Assembly: GCF_009914755.1 (NCBI RefSeq)
Contig: NC_060932.1
Length of the DNA: 64,000 nucleotides
Source: the human T2T-CHM13v2.0 reference genome, Homo sapiens
Strand: one strand, 5' to 3'
The first letter of the stretch is position 1; each line of letters starts with the position of its first letter. Of the stretch, positions 56,248-64,000 are shown piece by piece. A program made the position numbers and the translations under genes. Below the pieces are notes generated by a model, which did no database searches, had not been told where the DNA came from, and saw only the letters and a list, made by a program, of their open reading frames with translations.

Positions 56248-56989
56248 TTAGATGTATGCATATAAATTATTTGATTGGTTTTCGATTGGACACAACTTCT
56301 ACTTAGCATGCTACACTTTGCAAAAATAATAATAATTAAATAAATGCTAAAACTTCTGAAAAGAATTGCCTGCACCTCATGAATTCACCTCCCAGAACCA
56401 CTTGATTCTTCTATCCACGTTCTTTGCTGATCTTCCAAATCATTCCACTGAGATTGTGCTCCAGGAGATCACTGGTGAACTCATCTCTTCCTGCCAGTGC
56501 TGACTACCATGGCTGGCGTCAGCTGAACAGGACACAGCTTCAGCATGCCTTCAGTTTTGAAATTCCTCAGTGCATGAAACTGCATGATCCTGGATTTCTT
56601 TCCACGTTTCTGGCGACTCATTCCTTCTCCTAAACTGTCTCCTCTTCCACTAAAATGCTCAATATTAGTGTTCTAAGGTTTGGTCTTGAGCCACGTACCT
56701 TTCTTTTACATTTCTTTTCTCTAGATCAGGGATTATCAAAATACAGCCCTTGAGCCAAATCCAGCCTGCCATCTGTTTTTGAATGCTCTGCAAGCTAAGA
56801 ACAGTTTTTAATACTTTAAATGGTTGAGAAAAGTTAATAGTCAATTATATTTCGTTGTACCTCAAAGTAAAATTTCAAAGTCCACAAATAAAGATTGATA
56901 GGAAAGCAGCTGTACTCATTAACTAGTTATTGCTTTTAGGGCTGTTTTACCACTATTACGGCAGAGTTGGGAAGTTGCAACAGAGATGA

Positions 56990-58430
56990 TATGAGGTGCT
57001 CTAATAACTGTACGCTGCTGCTTGACACCCTAAAAATGAATTTTTCCGTTCATCCATATGTGGTACAATGACAATTTAAGATACACAGAAGAGCACTAAA
57101 CTTATGCAGAATTACCAAAATTATATAATTTATATTTTGTGGCTCCTACATGCCTGCATGGTATATTTGTACCAGAACAGTGGAAATACCTTGTCATGGC
57201 TGATGTGGGGTGTCAACTTGACTCAATTAAGGGAGACTCAGATAGATGGCAATCCCTTATTTATTCTCAGTTCTTCAGTAGGTAATGAGCCTGTCCCTAG
57301 TCTGCTGAAAGAAAAACACAGGTGGTTTTACTCTTTATTAAATGTTGGTCTGCCCCAGGTGTGTTTGTGAGGGTATTTCTGGAGGAGACTGGTGTGTGAG
57401 TCAGTGGACTGAGTAGGAAAGATCCACCCTCAGTGTAATGGGGCAGTATCTCACCATCTGTGGGCACTGATGGAACCAAAAGATGGGGGAGGAATGAACT
57501 GCTTTCCTGGAGCCAGGACTCCTTTCTTCTGCCCTTGAATATCCAAACTCCAGGTTCTACCATTTTGGACTCTGGGACTCACACGAGCAGTCCTCTGGGT
57601 TCTTGGGCCTTAGGCCTTGTACTGAGAGTTACATCATCAGCCTTCCTTGTTTCTGAGGTGTTTGGACTTGCACTGAGCCAGCTGCCAGCTTCCCTGGTTC
57701 TCCAGCTTGCAGATGGCCTGTCATGGGATTTCTAGCCTTCATAAACAAGTGAGCTAATTCCTCCAGTAAGTCCTCCTTGTACATATCTCTCTATATCTAT
57801 CTCCAATCAGTTCTGTTTCTCTGGAGGACCCTGACTAAAACACATCTCATAAAACTAACTCAACTTTTTATTCTAATTCTGGGTATACTTACATTCCACC
57901 AAAATGCAACCATTGACTTGCTGATGAGTAGGGAAGCACAAAAAGAAAGGAACTGTTGTTTGCCTCATCTTTCCCTTTCCTTCAGTGTCACCATTTCTCA
58001 GCATAGTCAGTTGGTGAATATAGGAACTTGGCTTGAGTAAGGAAGGGTATGATAATGTCCTTTGATTGTTTGTGTTTCTCTGAATGTCATTGCCTCAGAG
58101 CAAGTTCTAATTTGAACAGAATGTGTGGTCTTGTGGGCAGTCAGCATTCCACTTAGTTGCAGATGTAGCATGCTTATCTTGTACTTGCTTTGAGTCTCAC
58201 TCAGCTCTCATACATTATGCGTCCCCTGTGTTCTTGAGGCATCATGAAGACTATATGCAAAAGGAGTGGCAAGGAACAGCAAATATGAATATTTTATGCA
58301 TCTCAAGTTGAAAGAAAAAAATATTTAAAATCTCAGGACTATGACAGCAGCACATTAAACCAACTGCTGGACCCTTCTAAGTGTGAAGCTCTGTGTAAAT
58401 GTGTACAACACACACCTGTGGAGACATCTT
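56990..58430 (+). mobile_element. MER45-family (hAT-Tip100) element, split by MLT2
   Basis: 3' end 'ggacccttctaagtgtgaagctctgtgtaaatgtgtacaacacacacctgtggagac' resembles MER45 termini. The 5' boundary is uncertain. Confidence 0.45.
57192..57842 (+). mobile_element. MLT2B-like ERVL LTR
   Basis: 'tgtcatggctgatgtggggtgtcaacttgactcaattaaggg...ctctggaggaccctgactaaaaca'. Confidence 0.85.
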
Positions 58431-59099
58431 TGCCATCATGTCTAATGCTGCTTGAATTGAAGGAATGTCAACCTGCTTTGAACATGTCATGGGCTGTCTA
58501 AAGTTAAAACAGGAGGAGCGGTCTCCGTACCCTCACATATCATTTCAATGGATATATTTTCAAGTTCAGACTCCAGTTCCAGCATTCCAGGTTTCATACA
58601 TCAATGCAAGTGCAGAAGAAATATTCATATTTCAAATCTTTTGAAGCAAGCAATTGAAGAGGTGTCATTTAGCCTTTGTTTAGAAGTTAACCTACAATGT
58701 AAGGGTATGCTGAAAGTCAAATATCAAGAGAAGAATAATAGAATTCTATAATTGCTTTCCAAACAATGAATGTACTCAGCTAAAACCAAATGCTCATGAA
58801 CTGACATCAGTATTTGACAGTCTTTACCTGTGGGAAAAGACATTTCAAAGATGAAACATGTAAAATCTCATTCCAGGTCAGCATTAAAAGACACATATCT
58901 GCAGTTGATTTTGGAGATAAAGAACACTAACTTTTAATCTTAATTAAGTAACAGAATATGCCACGAAAGATTCCATTTTTCTTATCAGTTGATCTATATT
59001 ACAAATATATATACTTATTATTCTATTATTAATTATATCAATACATATATAAGTACCTACATAATATTCTTATTTTACATCTTGGTCTCTTTCTGTGTA

Positions 59100-59179
59100 T
59101 AAGTGTAGATATATTTATATATATATTATATATTATTTTATATATTATATATATTTTATAATTATATATATTTATATTT

Positions 59180-59218
<39 letters not shown>
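59100..59218. repeat. AT-rich low complexity / (TA)n
   Basis: Read directly. Confidence 0.9.
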
Positions 59219-59221
<3 letters not shown>

Positions 59222-59841
59222 TGTTTTTTGAAAGAAAATTTTGTCAACTCCACGTTTAGAAGACTGACTACTCCCATGTTTTAAATTAGAATTTAAAGCT
59301 ATATCATGATGGTGCCTAAATTTCCATTTTTAGCTGTGACCTCTCTTTTGAGATGCAGTCTTTTAGATATGCATCTTAACATATTGTATTGGGTGTTTAA
59401 TGGGTATGTTAAAACATAAAGTGTCCAAATCAAAGCCATTGATCCCTTCCCTTTCAAACATACTGTAATAACTTTATCAAAATATAATTCATATAGCATA
59501 AAATTCACTCTTTTAAATGGTAAAATTAAGTAGTATATTTACAGAATTGTGCAACCATAACAACTATTTAAGAACATTATCACCTCAAAATGAAACCCAG
59601 TACCCATTAGTATTTGCTCCCATTTTGTCATGCCCCCAGCCACTGGCAAACACAAATCTACTTTCAGTCTATATGGATTTGCCTATTCTAGACATTTTAT
59701 ACAGGTGGAATAATTAGTACATGGATGTTTTGTCTTGTTTCTTTCATGAGCATATATAATGGTATCAAGGCTAATCCATGTTGCAGCATGTACTGGTAGA
59801 TCTTTTGTTTTTATTGATAAGTAATACTCCATTCTGAGGAT

Positions 59842-60693
59842 GGGTTTGAATCATAATTATTATTTTCTTTATTTGGAAATTAAGTACGGTTTAAGGAGAT
59901 ATGTGTAGGTGCCCAGTTGACAAGGGGTGGACTCATAGACATAATTCTAGGTGTCAGCTTGACTGGATTAAGGAATACCTAGAAACCTAGTAAAGCATTT
60001 CGCTATGTATTTCATCTTCACATCATTGCCCATACTGGAGATACAAATTGTGTAGGGACTTTTAGGCATTTTTTTTTTTTTTTGCAAATCTGACTCCACG
60101 AAAGTGCATTATCACAAAGTCAACTTTATAAGTATTGTGCATGTACAGAACAATGTTAAAACTTCCTTGATAAATAAAGAGATGTCCTTTGTGGACATCT
60201 GAATTTGTGAAAGATAAAATTTCTCAAGATCTCTGCTATTTGGAGGGCTGCATATGCCATGGTGATGCATCCTGGTTTTTGATTGATCTCATCAAATGAC
60301 TTAGGTTGTTTTGTAGATAACCAGTTATAAAACTGGGTGCACCCAATTACCAATCACAGTGATATGCATTTCTACATTTCCCTTTTTGACCTATTTTTTT
60401 GTGTATATGGTTCATCTCCTCATAACTGATATAACCATGTGACTTGGTGTTTATGCTTACAAAAATACATGAGTTATTAATTGCCTGTTTTATTGTGTAA
60501 AGTGGCATATGAAGTGTTCAGTTCTGCTTTTGGATGTTTCTCAAATAAATTACCTTTTAAAGATATAAATAAATATATTTTAAAGAATTTTTAAATTGCC
60601 TCCTTTTAGATTTATACTTTTATGATTTTGATCTTTAGAGATTGTAGCGTTTGGGATTGTGGATTGTGTCTTTCAGGATTATAATTAACTCTC
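59842..60693 (+). mobile_element. Ricksha (MULE-MuDR) element carrying an ERVL/MLT2 fragment
   Basis: Termini 'gggtttgaatcataat' and 'gggattgtggattgtgtctttcaggattataattaactctc'. Internally it has the ERVL PPT 'aaggggtggac' plus the MLT2 start 'gtgtcagcttgactggattaagg'. Degenerate 9-bp TSD tctgaggat/tgtaaggac. Confidence 0.8.
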
Positions 60694-61458
60694 TGTAAGG
60701 ACATATTCCATTTTGTCTATGCATTTCTCAATTGATGGACATTTGAGTCGTTTCCACATTTTGACCTTTTTTCAAGGGTATATACCTAGAAGTGGTTACT
60801 GGGTCATACAGTAACTATATGTTTATCATTTTGGGAAACTATCAAATCACTTTCCAAAGTTGGTTCATTATTATACATTCCCACCAGTAATATCTGGTGC
60901 TTCTAATTTATCCACATCCTAGCCAAAATTCATTATTGCCTATCCTCAAAATTGTAGTCATGCTAGTGGGTATGAAGTGGAAACTCATGGTAGTTTTCAT
61001 GCACATTTTCCTAATAATTAATATTGAGCATCTTTGTGTGTGCTTATTGTCCCTCATATCTTTTGCCAGACAACTGTCTATTTAGATTCTTTTCTCATTA
61101 AAAATATCAAGTTATCTTTTTAATATTGAGGTTTAAAAGTTATTTATATATTCTGGATACTAGACCCTCATTACATTTCTTTTGCAAATATTCTCTTCCA
61201 TTTTGTGCTTTTAAAAAAAACCTAAAACATTTCCTTAGTGGTATTGTTCTTAGCTCAAACTTTTTAAGATTTTTATCAAATCTAATGATCATTTTTTAAG
61301 TAAATTATATTTTAGAATTGTGGCTAAGAAATCTTTGCCTCACCCAAGATCACAAAAATTTATACTTATGATTTTTTCTAAGAGTTTTATAGTTTTAGTT
61401 CATACATTTAGTTCTATGATACATTTTGGGTTAACATTTGCCAATGGTATGAGGAAGG

Positions 61459-61510
61459 TGTATTAGGATTCTCTGGAGAAACAGAACCTATAGGATGCTA
61501 TAGGATGTAA

Positions 61511-61548
<38 letters not shown>

Positions 61549-61903
61549 GTTTATTTTAAGAAATTGGCTCATGCGATCCCTGAGGGCTAACAAGTCTGAA
61601 TACGGAAGGGCAAGGCAGCTAGCTCAGGACCCAGGGAAGAATTGGTGCTGCAGATGGCTAAAGGCGGTCTGCAGGCAGAATTCCTTCTTTCTCTAGGGAC
61701 CTCAATTTCATTCTCTTAAGACCTTCAACTGATTGAATTTAACCCACCCACATTATGGAAGGTAATTTGCTTTACATAAAGTTTAATTATTTAAATGTTA
61801 ATCTCATCTAAAAAATACTTCCACAATGGCATTAAGACTGATGTTTGACCAAATATCTGGGTGTCATGGCCTACCCAAGTTGGCTACAAAGTTAACTGTC
61901 ACA
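61459..61903 (-). mobile_element. MLT2D-like LTR containing a (TA)n(GA)n microsatellite
   Basis: 'tgtattaggattctctggagaaacagaacc...aagttaactgtcaca', with a near-TSD gaagg/gaatg. Confidence 0.85.
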
Positions 61904-64000
61904 GAATGGGACAAACTTCTTTTCTTTTTTCTTTTTGCATATGTATTTCCAGTTGTTTCAGCACCATTTGTTGAGAAACCTATTCTTTCTCTTTTGGATT
62001 GGCTTGACATCCTGTCTGAAAATCAAATGACCATGCATAGAAGGCTTATTTTTGGACTGTCAGTTATTTGCCATTGATCATATATGTCTATCCTTATGCC
62101 TGTACCACACGTCTGATTATTGTAGCTTTGTAATAAGTAAGTAAAAAAAGTGGAAATTCTGGTTCTGCTCCTGATATAGAGGAAAAGGTACTCCATCTTT
62201 CACCACTAAGTACTATGTTAGCTATGCGTTTTTCAAAAATAGACTTCATAAGGCTGAGGAAGTTTACTTCCATTCTCAGTAGCCTGAGTACTTCTATCAT
62301 GAAGAGGTTTTGGAGTTTGTCAAATGCTTTGTTGTTTGTTTGTTTCTATCAATGTGATCATGTGTTTTTTGTTATTTCTACTAATAATATAATGTATTAC
62401 ATTGATTCATTTCCAGATATTCTGCTACACTTGCATTCCTATATATACTTCCTTTGGTTGTGGTGTACAATCCTTTTTAGATGTTGCTGGATTCAGTTTA
62501 CTATTATTTGTTAAGAATTTTTATATCTATATTTATAAGATATCTGCAGTTTTCATGGGATGCAGATTTTTAAAAGTTTGGTATCCAAGTGATGCTGACC
62601 TCATAGAGTAAGCAGGTTCCAATCTTTACTATTTTGTTTTGGAAAGGTTTATAACAATTTGTGTTAATTCTTCTTCATACATTTAGTAGGATTTACAAAT
62701 AAGCCATCTGGCTTTTGTTTTTACTTTGTGGGAAATTAACTATTAATTTAACCTCTTTCCATATTATAGATATATTTAGATTTTTAAAAAAAAATATTTC
62801 TGAATCAGTTTTGTTAGTTTGTGTCTTTCTGTGAATTTGTCCATTTCATCTAAGTTTTCTAATGAATTGGCATAGAGTTATTTATAATATCCCCTTATCA
62901 TTCTTTCTGTAAATTTCTATAAGCTTATGTTCCCACTTTCATTGCTGACTTTAAAATTTGAGTTTTCTGTCAATTTTCCTTGGTCATTTAGCCTAGTTAT
63001 TTTCCAATTTTGTTTATCTTTTCAAAGAAGCAAGTTTGAGTTTCATTAATTTTCTCTATTGCTTTTGTATTCTGTACTTCATTCATTTCCACTCTAATCT
63101 TAATTTTTATTCCTTCTTTCTACTTGCTGTGTCTCTGTGTTTAGCTCTTCTTCTTCCAATTTTGTAGGTGGGTGTTTATATTCTTGATTTGAGACTTTTC
63201 TTTTTAATATGTTTTCCATACATAAATTTCTCTCTGAGCACTCTTTTAGTTCCTTACTCTTAGGTTTGTCATATTATGTTTTCATTTTTCTTCATCTCAA
63301 CCTATATTTTAAATTTCCTTGTGATTATTTTTGACTCATCAATTATCTGAGTGTGTTGTTTAACTTCCACAAATTTTAGAATTTTCTAAATTTCTTTCTG
63401 TTAATGTTTTCTAATTTAATACTATTTTGGTCATAAAATATACTTTGTATGGTTTTTATAGTTTTTAATTTATTCTTGTATATGACTATACCTGAGAATG
63501 TTCCATGTGTACTTGAAAATAATGTTTTCTGCTGTTATCAGTTGAGTATCTATAGATATCTGGTGGGTCTCATTAGCTTATGTTTTTGTCCTTGTTATTT
63601 TCTGCGTAACTGTTCTATCTTGTACTGAATGTGGGTTATTGTCATGCAATTGTTCCTGAGTTATTTTATTACTGCCTTTATTTTACAAAAATATAACATT
63701 TTGTGTAAAACACAGAGTTTATAGTGTACCATTTTAATCCCCCCTTTTTAGTCTCTATATTTTTTTAATTATCTTAATGGTTGCCTTAAGGATGCAAATG
63801 AACATTTTAGATCAAATCAATCTGGTACAAATTAATAGTGCCTAATTTTAATAATATACACAAATTTTGCTCCAATATAACTTTGTTTCTTACCTCCTAA
63901 TTATTGCTATTATTGCTATAAAAATCATATCCTTTGCAATGTAAAACAATCAATACAGATTTATAATTATTACTTTATGCATCTGCCTTTTTTTGAAATG

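Larger units (their letters stand above)
56727..59253 (+). mobile_element. hAT-Charlie element (MER58/Cheshire-like ends) with a transposase C-terminal remnant, hosting nested insertions
   Basis: MER58-like start 'cagggattatcaaaatacagcccttgagccaaatccagcc'. Positions 58741-58920 translate as EFYNCFPNNECTQLKPNAHELTSVFDSLYLWEKTF/KMKHVKSHSRSALKDTYLQLIL, resembling the hAT dimerisation motif (FGSTYxCExxFSxMK..KS..RS.L). Confidence 0.7.
59465..64000 (-). mobile_element. Long old L1MB/ME element (3' UTR plus ORF2), interrupted by Ricksha and MLT2
   Basis: 3' end 'taactttatcaaaatataattcatatagcataaaattcactctttt' followed by antisense ORF2 motifs to the end of the window. Confidence 0.85.

Overview
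AT-rich, repeat-dense primate genomic DNA, almost certainly human because it carries an AluYb8-type insertion. It looks intergenic or deep intronic. No intact protein-coding gene is supported: the ORF track consists of Alu, L1, LTR or chance ORFs. The one host-gene-derived feature is a 5'-truncated, decayed processed pseudogene of the RFPL/RFPL4 family (B30.2/SPRY half) at about 6.04-6.68 kb on the minus strand. The rest is a nested fossil record of transposons: old L1M and L2, AluJ/S/Y, MaLR (a full-length THE1D, THE1A/B solo LTRs, MLT1), MLT2, MER9, MER61, MER76, hAT-Charlie, MER44 and Ricksha. The items most worth follow-up are a CpG-rich promoter-like patch built from L1 and MER76 (55.3-55.7 kb) with possible minus-strand non-coding exons downstream, a recent 235-bp templated duplication inside an old L1, a pre-miRNA-like 82-nt hairpin, and several micro-inversions. 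I found no convincing new biological system. Repeat family names come from recalled consensus sequences, not a database search, and boundaries of old repeats are approximate.
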